A program made the position numbers and the translations under genes. From Nitrospirota bacterium (lineage in GTDB: Bacteria; Nitrospirota; UBA9217), in contig DASPSR010000063.1 in the NCBI GenBank assembly GCA_035623825.1, forward strand, positions 1-64,000: 64,000 nt of DNA. The letters run 5' to 3'. Under the pieces are notes generated by a model. It saw only the letters and a program-made list of their open reading frames with translations, was not told the origin of the DNA and ran no database searches. Below, in pieces: positions 12,007 to 20,920 of the stretch (its first letter is position 1; the number at the start of each line of letters is the position of its first letter).

Positions 12007-12137
12007 TCTCGGCCCATGCGCCGAGCGGATTTCAAATGTCTTGCAGACAGCTTGCATTGGCAGAGAAGAAATTTCAGAGCTACCGAGAAGACCAGCTTGT
12101 TCGAGGTCCGGGCACTCCATCCGGGGGAGGAGGCCCC

Positions 12138-12482
12138 TTGCGGGTTATAGTACATCAAGACATCACGATAACCGTTGATGATGACGGGTTTCTTGTCAAT
12201 CTTGAAGACTGGTCGGAAGCGGTTGGGCGCGTCCTCGCCGCACAGGAAGGAATCGGAGATTTGTCAGAAGACAAACTCGACGTCCTGAAGTTCATGAGGG
12301 AGTATTACCAAAAACATCATTTCTTCCCCATTGTGCGTTTTGTATGCAAGAATGTACACCAGCCTAGCAACTGTGTAACGGAACAATTCATGGACCCGGT
12401 CAAAGCCTGGAAGATCGCCGGGCTGCCCAATCCCGGCGAGGAAGTGATCAAATTCAAGGCGTGGGATCCGCTCGGATTTTAA
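12138..12482 (+). CDS. TusE/DsrC family sulfur relay-like protein lacking the C-terminal Cys
   Basis: VDDDGFLVNLEDWSE, FMREYY, KIAGLPNP; TTG start after GGAGG. Confidence 0.82.
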   Translation: MRVIVHQDITITVDDDGFLVNLEDWSEAVGRVLAAQEGIGDLSEDKLDVLKFMREYYQKHHFFPIVRFVCKNVHQPSNCVTEQFMDPVKAWKIAGLPNPGEEVIKFKAWDPLGF

Positions 12483-12626
12483 CGGAGCCCCGGAGGAGGA
12501 GCCGGCGCCAGGTCTTTTCCTCTTGATGACGAATAGCGGTACGTCAGCTTCGCGTCATTTCCTCCACAGGGCACCAAGAGAGCGTAGGATATCTCCTTCC
12601 AAGGAGACAGTCGTCCGGCCAGCGAA

Positions 12627-13016
12627 CTAAAAATAGAGCATTCCGTCATACTCCAGCGCATAGGAGATCAAGTGGATGCCGCCTGCTATCTCGGTTCCCT
12701 CGACGAGGTCTTCCTTTTTCAGGCCCCTGTTCCTTGCGACCTGTTCGCACAATTGAAATTTGACCCCCGCTTCCAGGGCTTCTGCAAGTCGTTGCTCGAA
12801 GGTTGGGACACCTGACGGCAGTCCGCCTTCCTCCCGGATCTTCCCCTTGATAACGGCATCAGCACCATCCTGCACGCAGTAGACAACGGTCTCGCAGCCG
12901 GAATACTGGGCGAGGGTGGCGAACATAAGCGCGGATTTCACCGTCCCCACATTATTTATACCTGTGGACAATTGCACGGCGAACTTTTTCCTTGCCTTTT
13001 TATCGGGTTCAATCAT
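12627..13016 (-). CDS. DsrE/DsrF family protein
   Basis: ALMFATLA, VYCVQDG, AGVKFQLCEQ, RGLKKEDLVEG. Confidence 0.8.
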   Translation of the reverse strand: MIEPDKKARKKFAVQLSTGINNVGTVKSALMFATLAQYSGCETVVYCVQDGADAVIKGKIREEGGLPSGVPTFEQRLAEALEAGVKFQLCEQVARNRGLKKEDLVEGTEIAGGIHLISYALEYDGMLYF

Positions 13017-13212
13017 GTTATGCTCCTCCTGTACCTATCGGGTCTTGTTCGTCTACCCGTGCAAAAGCGATAAGATGAATACCCCGAAGAATGACCACCG
13101 AGAGGCGTGTCGGGATCGAACGGTTGCCAGGCCGGGGAATGCTCAGCTGATCCGTTGCCGCAACGCATTGTCCAAGAGGCCCCCTAAAGCGCGCTTACGG
13201 CTCGATCATCAT

Positions 13213-13836
13213 TTACAGTTCGATTTCATTGTACGACGTATAGACGAACAAGGTGAAATCGTTCGGGATCCGATTGTGCCAAAGAGTGACAGCGGGGGAA
13301 AGGTTCTCGATCGAGAACTTGACCATCTCCTCCGGCGAGGTATAGTTGAGCTCGATATCCTTGATCGGAGTATGTGAGGACAGGGCGTTCAATGCCAACC
13401 CCTTGTTGCAGTTTTTGAAAAGCGTGACAAGAGCGTTCTTCAGGTCGTCGTGCACTCCCGGGACCCGGAGGTTGAATACGCCGCAGATGAAAATGTAGTC
13501 ATAGAATCCCTCGAGCTGATCCTCATCGATGTTCATGACCTTGAACGTACACTCGGGATACTTGTTCTTCGCCAGTTTGATGAAGTTCTCGTTGATGTCA
13601 ACGCCGGTATAATGGACTCTTATTTCTCTCCGCTTCAGGAACTGGTAAAAATCCCCGGTTCCGCAGCCGTAGTCAAGTATCTTCTGATCGTTCAGGTCGG
13701 GTGCGATATCAAGGAGCGTATGATAGCGCCTGAGCTGGCCTTGAGGGGTCCAGCGGAGCGCTTCAGGCCTGTCACCGAATTTTTTCAGATGGAAATTGTA
13801 GAACGACAATAGCTGCTCTTTCGCATGAGGATCCAT
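13213..13836 (-). CDS. Class I SAM-dependent methyltransferase
   Basis: ILDYGCGTG, YTGVDIN, YDYIFICGVFN. Confidence 0.88.
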   Translation of the reverse strand: MDPHAKEQLLSFYNFHLKKFGDRPEALRWTPQGQLRRYHTLLDIAPDLNDQKILDYGCGTGDFYQFLKRREIRVHYTGVDINENFIKLAKNKYPECTFKVMNIDEDQLEGFYDYIFICGVFNLRVPGVHDDLKNALVTLFKNCNKGLALNALSSHTPIKDIELNYTSPEEMVKFSIENLSPAVTLWHNRIPNDFTLFVYTSYNEIEL

Positions 13837-14103
13837 GGCTCCCTCCTCCCAGCATATTGTATCGTATTTGACCAGGCGGAAGCAAGACCGAACCAGCCCT
13901 TGTTTTTCCCCAACGTTTCATCCGGGCATCATATCCATGGGAACAGACTGGACGCCTGTCCTCCCCGGCGAGGGAACATGCCATTTGCAGCTCCGATGCC
14001 GTCCGGCCGGATTCTCGTAAGATGCTGAACCCCTTGAGTTTTTCTTATAGATGAGTAAAAAAAATTAATACAGAACCAATCTTGTCCTGTTATAATGTTT
14101 TGC

Positions 14104-14132
14104 TTGACAAAATATTTATCGTGGCTTATTAT
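14104..14132 (+). promoter_or_regulatory. sigma70-type promoter of nuo operon
   Basis: TTGACA-17 nt-TATTAT about 57 bp upstream of nuoA. Confidence 0.7.
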
Positions 14133-14189
14133 GCAAAAGTTTTAGACTTTCTGCTAATCCAAAATATGATAATTTACAGGGAGTAGTGT

Positions 14190-14564
14190 ATGACGCCAAG
14201 TACCTATCTTCCGGAACAGTACCTGCCGGTAGTGGTTTTTCTGCTGCTCGGCTTGGCGGTCGGCTTTGGCATGCTGATCGCAGGATGGTTCATCCGGCCC
14301 CGGAGACCTTATCCTGAAAAGCTGATTACGTACGAGTCCGGTATCACCCCCTTCATGGATGCCCATCAGAAGTTTTCTATCCGCTATTATATTGTAGCCA
14401 TGCTATTCCTCATTTTCGATATTGAAGCCGTTTTCCTCTATCCGTGGGCCGTTGCCTATGGGCAGATCGGCCTTTACGGATTTGTGGAGATGGTGATCTT
14501 CGTAGTAATCTTGCTCGTAGGATATTTCTACGCATGGAAGAAGGGGGCTCTCGAATGGGAGTAG
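14190..14564 (+). CDS. nuoA: NADH-quinone oxidoreductase subunit A
   Basis: [35 protein letters not shown]. Confidence 0.95.
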   Translation: MTPSTYLPEQYLPVVVFLLLGLAVGFGMLIAGWFIRPRRPYPEKLITYESGITPFMDAHQKFSIRYYIVAMLFLIFDIEAVFLYPWAVAYGQIGLYGFVEMVIFVVILLVGYFYAWKKGALEWE

Positions 14565-15034
14565 TGCAGAATCTCTTTGACGAAGGATATATTTCCACGA
14601 CCATCGATGGGTTCCTCAATTACTGCAGGGCCTGCTCCATCTGGCCGATGACGTTCGGGCTTGCATGCTGCGCCATCGAGATGATCCAGTACTATTCCGC
14701 GCCCCAGCATGATTTCGACCGTTTCGGCACGGTCCCGCGCCCTTCACCGCGGCAGTCGGACCTCTTGCTCGTTGCCGGCACTCTGTCGAAAAAGATGGCG
14801 CCGATCGTGCGCCGCGTGTATGACCAAATGCCTGAGCCCCGGTATGTGATCGCCATGGGGAGCTGCGCCGGATCAGGCGGCATCTTCAACACCTACGCCG
14901 TGGTACAGGGCGTTGACAACATCGTCCCGGTGGATGTGTATATCCCCGGCTGTCCGCCGCGGCCTGAAGCGCTGATGTACGGCATAATGAAGTTGCAGGA
15001 GAAGATCAAGAAGGAAAAATATATCAGAAAGTAG
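14555..15034 (+). CDS. nuoB: NADH-quinone oxidoreductase subunit B
   Basis: [32 protein letters not shown]. Confidence 0.95.
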   Translation: MGVVQNLFDEGYISTTIDGFLNYCRACSIWPMTFGLACCAIEMIQYYSAPQHDFDRFGTVPRPSPRQSDLLLVAGTLSKKMAPIVRRVYDQMPEPRYVIAMGSCAGSGGIFNTYAVVQGVDNIVPVDVYIPGCPPRPEALMYGIMKLQEKIKKEKYIRK

Positions 15035-15059
15035 CCCCGGAGGACTCGATAGAGGTTGT

Positions 15060-15530
15060 ATGGACCCTTTACAAATAGCCAAGATGATTGAAGAGAAGTT
15101 TGCCGGACAAGTGCTCGGCACGATGTTTTATGCTGGCCAGGTCGGTGTCTCGCTCAAGAAAGACATGATTAAAGATGTTTGTCTTTATCTTCGTGATGAA
15201 CCCTCGCTCAAGATGGACCACCTCTCTGATCTCACCGCGGTCGATTTTTCCAGGTATCCCGGGGACCCCGGACCCCGGTTCGAGGTCGTGTATAACATGA
15301 TATCCACCGTATACCGCCACCGCATTCGCCTAAAGGTCAGAGTACCGGAGGAGGACCCGCGGGTAGACTCGGTTGCCTCGATCTGGCAAACGGCTAACTG
15401 GCATGAACGCGAGACCTATGACCTTATGGGAGTCAGGTTCGACGGCCACCCTGACCTCCGCAGGATCCTCCTGCCCGAGGACTGGGAGGGTCATCCGCTC
15501 AGGAAAGAATATCCACTGAAGGGATATTGA
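15060..15530 (+). CDS. nuoC: NADH-quinone oxidoreductase subunit C
   Basis: [32 protein letters not shown]. Confidence 0.95.
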   Translation: MDPLQIAKMIEEKFAGQVLGTMFYAGQVGVSLKKDMIKDVCLYLRDEPSLKMDHLSDLTAVDFSRYPGDPGPRFEVVYNMISTVYRHRIRLKVRVPEEDPRVDSVASIWQTANWHERETYDLMGVRFDGHPDLRRILLPEDWEGHPLRKEYPLKGY

Positions 15531-15675
15531 AACGACAAGCGCCAGTGAGCAGGAACTGAATCCTTCATGATTTCCTAGCACCAATCACAAATAAAACCGT
15601 TTCGGAGATTGGGATTTTGATGCTGGATATAGGCTGAAATCTGAATTTTGGAATCTGATAATTAATGGTGAATAT

Positions 15676-16869
15676 ATGTCCGTTACCGTGCCGAAAGAGA
15701 TCGTCCAAAAAGAAATCACCCTGAACATGGGGCCTCAGCACCCGGCCACCCACGGCGTGCTTCGCCTGGTGCTCGACCTGCAGGGCGAGACCGTGGTGGG
15801 CGTCGATCCGCGGCCAGGCTACCTTCACCGCGGGATCGAGAAGTGGATGGAGAGCAGGACCTACCATCAGATCATCCCCATGACCGACCGGTTGGAGTAT
15901 ATCACCTGCATGAACAACAACCTGGGCTGGGTGGTTGCCGTGGAGAAGCTTGCCGGAATTACGGTGCCGGAGCGGGCGCAGTTCATCAGGACGCTGATGG
16001 CCGAGCTTACGCGGCTCTCCGGGCATCTTGTGTGGCTGGGGACCCACGCCCTTGACATCGGCGCCATGACGGTCTGTATGTACACCCTCCGGGAACGGGA
16101 ACTTGTCCTCGATCTGACGGAGATGGTGACGGGAGCGCGTCAGACTGTGAGCTATGTCCGCATCGGCGGTGTGCGGAACGATATCCCCCGGGATTTTATC
16201 GACAAATGCCGGGAGTTCACCGAGCTCTTTCCCAAGCGGCTCGAAGAGTATGATACGTTGATTCGGGAAAACCGCATCTGGCTCAAGCGCACCGTGGGGA
16301 TCGGCGTGATGACGCCGGAGGACGCGGTCAACTACGGCCTCACCGGCGGCACGCTGCGTGGGTCGGGCGTGAACTACGACCTCCGCAAGGTCGAACCCTA
16401 TGCCGCGTACGACAAGGTGGATTTCGAAGTGCCGCTTGGAAAGAACGGCGACGTCTACGACCGGTACGTTGTGCGAATCAATGAGATGCGCCAGAGCAAC
16501 CGGATCATCAGGCAGTGCCTTGACATGATGCAGCCGGGCCCGATCAAGACCGATGACCCGCGCTATGCAGTACCCGAAAAGATCGATGTCATGAAGAGCA
16601 TGGCATCGCTGGCCCACCAGTTCGTGCTCATGAGCAAGTGGGTGCCAATGCCGAAAGGCGAGGTATATGTGGCGACCGAGGCGCCGAAGGGCGAGCTCGG
16701 CTTCTATATCGTCAGTGATGGCAGCGGAAGACCATACCGCGTTAAGATCCGCGCCCCATCGTATGTTCACATAAGCGCTCTTCCGAAAATGGTGATTGGC
16801 CATATGGTGGCAGATGTTATCGCATGCATCGGGACCATTGACATCGTGCTCGGCGAGTGCGACCGGTAG
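15676..16869 (+). CDS. nuoD: NADH-quinone oxidoreductase subunit D
   Basis: NMGPQHPATHGVLRL, GYLHRGIEK, EAPKGELG, DIVLGECDR. Confidence 0.96.
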   Translation: MSVTVPKEIVQKEITLNMGPQHPATHGVLRLVLDLQGETVVGVDPRPGYLHRGIEKWMESRTYHQIIPMTDRLEYITCMNNNLGWVVAVEKLAGITVPERAQFIRTLMAELTRLSGHLVWLGTHALDIGAMTVCMYTLRERELVLDLTEMVTGARQTVSYVRIGGVRNDIPRDFIDKCREFTELFPKRLEEYDTLIRENRIWLKRTVGIGVMTPEDAVNYGLTGGTLRGSGVNYDLRKVEPYAAYDKVDFEVPLGKNGDVYDRYVVRINEMRQSNRIIRQCLDMMQPGPIKTDDPRYAVPEKIDVMKSMASLAHQFVLMSKWVPMPKGEVYVATEAPKGELGFYIVSDGSGRPYRVKIRAPSYVHISALPKMVIGHMVADVIACIGTIDIVLGECDR

Positions 16870-16883
16870 TGGAGAACCACCGG

Positions 16884-17240
16884 ATGAAATTGAGAGAGAT
16901 AATCAAACTCCTTCGTGCCGATGTTCTTGCGGGCGACGGCCTCGTCGATGAGATCGAGGTGGACTGCTGCTTCAGCGCAGACCTCATGAGCGATGTGCTG
17001 GGCCGCACTCATGCGAACGGGATCCTTATCACGGGCATCACAAATCCGCAGGCAGTCCGGACTGCCGATATCGCCGACATCCGGGCGGTCTGCGTTGTGC
17101 GCGGAAAGCAGCCGGAGGCCGACGCCGTGTCCCTGGCAAAACAGAAGGATATCCCACTATTCGTCACGAAGCTGACAATGTTTGAGGCATGCGGCATACT
17201 GTACATGAACGGCCTTAAGGCAGTAGGCGAGCGGCAATAG
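16884..17240 (+). CDS. DRTGG-domain protein
   Basis: SADLMSDVL, LITGITNPQAVRTA, VRGKQP. Confidence 0.82.
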   Translation: MKLREIIKLLRADVLAGDGLVDEIEVDCCFSADLMSDVLGRTHANGILITGITNPQAVRTADIADIRAVCVVRGKQPEADAVSLAKQKDIPLFVTKLTMFEACGILYMNGLKAVGERQ

Positions 17241-17244
17241 ACTG

Positions 17245-18198
17245 ATGGCACAGATGGGCAAAGAGCAGGGGACGCTGGACCGGGTGACCAAGACCCAGGA
17301 GATGGTCTATGAGGTCTCCGTGGGCGAGGTCATGGCTCCCAAGATGGTCACCGTGGGGCCGGAGCAGACCATGTCGGAGTTCAGAATCCTCTTGCGGGAC
17401 AACCGCATCTCCGGCACGCCGGTGGTCGAGAACGGCAAGCTCGTGGGCATGGTCAGCATAGAAGACCTGATCAACGCCCTGTATGACAACGCTATAAATG
17501 CTCCCATACGGGAGAGGATGAAGACGAAGATAGAGTGTCTGTACAGCGACGAACTGCTCGTTCACTGTATCGCCAAGTTTTCCAAGTACGGGTATAGACG
17601 GTACCCCGTATTGAACCGGAATGGGGAGCTGGTCGGCATCATCACCAAAGGGAGCATCGTCGAAGGGCTGCTCAGGAAGCTTGAGATCGAATACGAGCAG
17701 CATGAGGCCAATGCTTCCCTGGCGCGGCAGCGGCCTGCGATGCGAAAGTTCTTTGAGGACGTATCTGCAGACGAGATCAGCTTCACCTTCAAGTATAATG
17801 TTACCGGTCAGACCCTGAAGGACGCGGGAAAGGCCGCAAGCGAGCTCAAGAACGCGCTCAAGAAACTGGGAGTCTGCCCGCCGCTTCTCAGGCGGATCGG
17901 GGTCGCCACCTATGAGGCGGAGATCAACCTCGCCTCGTATACAAAAGGCGGTGAGATCAGGGCACAGGTTGAGAAGTGGGGGATCATCGTAGAGGTGATC
18001 GATCATGGCCCCGGCATCCCGGATATAGAGCTGGCGATGAAGCCCGGATACTCCACGGCCCCCGATTGGGTCCGGGAACTGGGGTTCGGCGCGGGCATGG
18101 GGCTCGTGAACATAAAGAAATGCTCCGATGAAATGGATCTCAAATCATCGGTGCCCGAGGGAACACATCTGACCATGCAGTTCTACTATACGAGCTGA
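17245..18198 (+). CDS. CBS-pair + anti-sigma-factor-type (RsbT/RsbW-like) Ser/Thr kinase fusion
   Basis: N-terminal tandem CBS (ISGTPVV, RYPVL...VGIITKG); C-terminal YEAEIN, DHGPGIPDIELAMKPGYSTA, GFGAGMGL. Confidence 0.85.
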   Translation: MAQMGKEQGTLDRVTKTQEMVYEVSVGEVMAPKMVTVGPEQTMSEFRILLRDNRISGTPVVENGKLVGMVSIEDLINALYDNAINAPIRERMKTKIECLYSDELLVHCIAKFSKYGYRRYPVLNRNGELVGIITKGSIVEGLLRKLEIEYEQHEANASLARQRPAMRKFFEDVSADEISFTFKYNVTGQTLKDAGKAASELKNALKKLGVCPPLLRRIGVATYEAEINLASYTKGGEIRAQVEKWGIIVEVIDHGPGIPDIELAMKPGYSTAPDWVRELGFGAGMGLVNIKKCSDEMDLKSSVPEGTHLTMQFYYTS

Positions 18199-18211
18199 CG
18201 GGAACAAGCCG

Positions 18212-18553
18212 ATGAATCTGAACAACATAGTAAAGGAATTCGGTCTGGAAGTGAAAACCGGTTCTGACCGCCTTGATCGCGAGGTGACGGGGGGCTACGT
18301 GAGCGATCTCCTATCAGACGTGCTGGCACATGCGGATGAAGGGATGCTCTGGGTCACGCTCCACATTCATCAGAATATCGTGGCCGTCGCGGCGCACAAG
18401 GATTTGGCGGGGATCATCCTGGTCCAGGGCAGGGATCCGGAAAAAGAAACGGTGATCAAGGCCGAAGAAGAGGGGATCCCGATCATGGTGAGCAGCCTCT
18501 CGGCCTTCGAACTCGTTGGCAGACTGTACAAGGCAGGGATCCGTGGCGCTTAG
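18212..18553 (+). CDS. DRTGG-domain protein (HPr-kinase N-terminal-like)
   Basis: GGYVSDLLSDVL, WVTLHIHQNIVAVA. Confidence 0.82.
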   Translation: MNLNNIVKEFGLEVKTGSDRLDREVTGGYVSDLLSDVLAHADEGMLWVTLHIHQNIVAVAAHKDLAGIILVQGRDPEKETVIKAEEEGIPIMVSSLSAFELVGRLYKAGIRGA

Positions 18554-19289
18554 GCGCATTAAAGCTGACCTGCATGTTCATACATGTCTGTCACCCTGTT
18601 CAGGTCTGGACATGTCGCCTCGTGAAGTTGTAAACGCGGCTCTCAAGAAGGGTCTCGACCTGATCGGCGTGTGCGATCATAACTCCGCAGAAAACGTTCT
18701 GGCTGTCAAGAAGGCGGGAGAACGGAACGGATTGATGGTGATCGGCGGGATGGAGGTCGCCTCTTCCGAAGAAGCGCACATCCTGGTGTTCTTTGACGAT
18801 GACGACGACCTTCTTGGATTCCAGAAGCACATCTACAGGCATCTGGACGGAAGGAATGACGAACATGCCTTCGGCCTCCAGGTGATCGCAGACGACGAAG
18901 ACGGGGTGACCGGTTTCTGCGACCGTCTTCTGATCGCGGCAACGTCGCTCCCGGCCGAAGCAATCGTGGCGGAAGCACGCATGGCAAAAGGAGAGAGCCT
19001 GGTGATCGCCGCACATGTTGACCGTGAGGCGTTCAGCATGATTGGCCAGCTGGGATTTATTCCTCCCGGTCTTTCCCTGGACGCTGTGGAGATATCTCCC
19101 CACATCGCCGTAGCAGACGCCCGGAGACGGTTCCCTGAATGCACGAAATACCCCGTTATCACCGGCTCCGACGCGCACCATCCCGAGGACGTCGGGAAGC
19201 GGTACACCTGCTTCACCGTTGCAGACGGGACAATAGCGGAGATCAGGATGGCCTTGGCGGGCAGGGACGGCAGAAAGACGGAGTGCTGA
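18543..19289 (+). CDS. PHP-domain phosphoesterase
   Basis: DLHVHTCLSPC, DHN, GMEV..EEAH, AHVDR, SDAH. Confidence 0.88.
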   Translation: MALRRIKADLHVHTCLSPCSGLDMSPREVVNAALKKGLDLIGVCDHNSAENVLAVKKAGERNGLMVIGGMEVASSEEAHILVFFDDDDDLLGFQKHIYRHLDGRNDEHAFGLQVIADDEDGVTGFCDRLLIAATSLPAEAIVAEARMAKGESLVIAAHVDREAFSMIGQLGFIPPGLSLDAVEISPHIAVADARRRFPECTKYPVITGSDAHHPEDVGKRYTCFTVADGTIAEIRMALAGRDGRKTEC

Positions 19290-19293
19290 GGCC

Positions 19294-19830
19294 GTGGAAG
19301 ATATCTCGCTCCACATCCTCGATATCGTCGAAAACTCGATCCGTGCTGAAGCAAAGAGCGTAGAGATCATGCTGGCGAAGGATGACGAGCACGATCTCCT
19401 CCGGATAGAGATCAGCGATGACGGCAAGGGAATGGGGCCCGAGACGCTCGAAAAGGTCAGGGATCCCTTCTTCACGACCAAGAGGAAGAAGACCGGCCTG
19501 GGGATACCCCTTCTTGCGCAGGCGGCAGAACAAACAGGCGGCAAGCTCACCGTTGATTCCGCTCCAGAAAAAGGGACACGGGTGTCGGTCACATTCCGAT
19601 GGAGCCATATAGACCGGCCGGCGATCGGCAGCATGGCCGATACGCTGCTGACACTGATTGCAGGCCACCCGGACAGGGATTTTGTGTATGAGGAACGGGA
19701 TGGCGAGCGGGTATTCCGATTCGACACGCGTGAGATCAAGGACGATCTAGGCGATGTGCCGATCGCGTCCCCGGCGGTAATTGATGCAATCAGGGACTTG
19801 CTGGTGAATAACATACGACGCTTTGAATAG
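19294..19830 (+). CDS. Stand-alone HATPase_c (histidine-kinase-like ATP-binding) protein
   Basis: SLHILDIVENSIRA, DDGKGM, DPFFTTK, GLGIP; no sensor or DHp domain. Confidence 0.85.
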   Translation: MEDISLHILDIVENSIRAEAKSVEIMLAKDDEHDLLRIEISDDGKGMGPETLEKVRDPFFTTKRKKTGLGIPLLAQAAEQTGGKLTVDSAPEKGTRVSVTFRWSHIDRPAIGSMADTLLTLIAGHPDRDFVYEERDGERVFRFDTREIKDDLGDVPIASPAVIDAIRDLLVNNIRRFE

Positions 19831-19864
19831 CATTATTCCAAAGCAGCAGACGATGGAGATGATA

Positions 19865-20404
19865 ATGAGTAACGATACGGTGGCACCGAAGGAAACAGCG
19901 GTTGCCGGAAAACAGCCCGCCTTGGACACGGGAGCGGACACCATAACGCCGGAGATGTATGAGAAGATCGACGGGATCATCGAGCGGTACAAGGACAAGC
20001 CCGGTTCGCTCATCCCGGTGCTCCAGCAGACGCAGGAGGTGTGCGGGTACCTGCCGCACCTCGTGCAGCGCTATATCGCGAAAGGCATGAAGATGTCGCC
20101 GAGCGTGGTGTTCGGCGTTGCCACCTTCTATTCGTTCTTCACGCTCGTGCCGCGCGGCAAACACGTCATCAGGGTCTGTCTCGGGACAGCGTGCTACGTG
20201 AAGAGGAGTGAAGAGATCCTCGAGAAGATCAAGGATGAGCTGGACCTTGAGGTGGGGGAAATCACAAGAGACAAAAAATATTCTCTTGAAGCAGTGAGAT
20301 GTCTCGGCGCCTGTGGTCTCGCGCCGGTCGTCGTGATAGGAGCGGACACGTATGGCGACGTTGCCGCCACGAAGGTGATGGACATCATAAAGAAATATGA
20401 GTAA
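19865..20404 (+). CDS. nuoE: NuoE/HndA/HydC-like [2Fe-2S] subunit
   Basis: VATFYSFF, CLGTAC, CLGACGLAP. Confidence 0.92.
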   Translation: MSNDTVAPKETAVAGKQPALDTGADTITPEMYEKIDGIIERYKDKPGSLIPVLQQTQEVCGYLPHLVQRYIAKGMKMSPSVVFGVATFYSFFTLVPRGKHVIRVCLGTACYVKRSEEILEKIKDELDLEVGEITRDKKYSLEAVRCLGACGLAPVVVIGADTYGDVAATKVMDIIKKYE

Positions 20405-20505
20405 ATCCTGAACGCGAAATACGAAATTCTAAACAATATCGGGAAACCGCAACAGCAGGGATCTTGATATGAAGATTTAGAATTTCCCCTGTGAGGGGGG
20501 TAACC

Positions 20506-20883
20506 ATGGCAAAGCTGACGATTGCAGATTTGAAAAAGATCAAAGAAGATTACCATCAGGGACTGCGCGAGGGCGGGTTTCGGGCCAAGATCACGGTGCA
20601 TATGGGGACCTGTGGCATCGCAGCAGGTGCCAGAGGCATCATGAACACCATCATGGAAGAGCTCGCCAAATCCAACCTGAAGGACGTGGCGATCACCACA
20701 TCGGGCTGCGCCGGGCTCTGCAGCCAGGAGCCGATGGCCACAGTCGAACTTTCTGGAGAACCTCCCGTGAAATATATCTCGCTGACCGAGGAGAAGATGC
20801 GCAAGATCTTCGCGGAACATGTAGTAGGCGGGAAACCAGTCAAGGAATACGCCCTGGTCGTCGGGCATGAAACGACGTACTGA
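20506..20883 (+). CDS. Thioredoxin-like [2Fe-2S] ferredoxin-family protein (HndB/HydD-like)
   Basis: HMGTCGIAAGA, SGCAGLCSQEP, EHVVGGKPV. Confidence 0.85.
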   Translation: MAKLTIADLKKIKEDYHQGLREGGFRAKITVHMGTCGIAAGARGIMNTIMEELAKSNLKDVAITTSGCAGLCSQEPMATVELSGEPPVKYISLTEEKMRKIFAEHVVGGKPVKEYALVVGHETTY

Positions 20884-20920
20884 TGAATCCGGTTTAAACC
20901 GTTAAATGGGGTAAGGTAAC

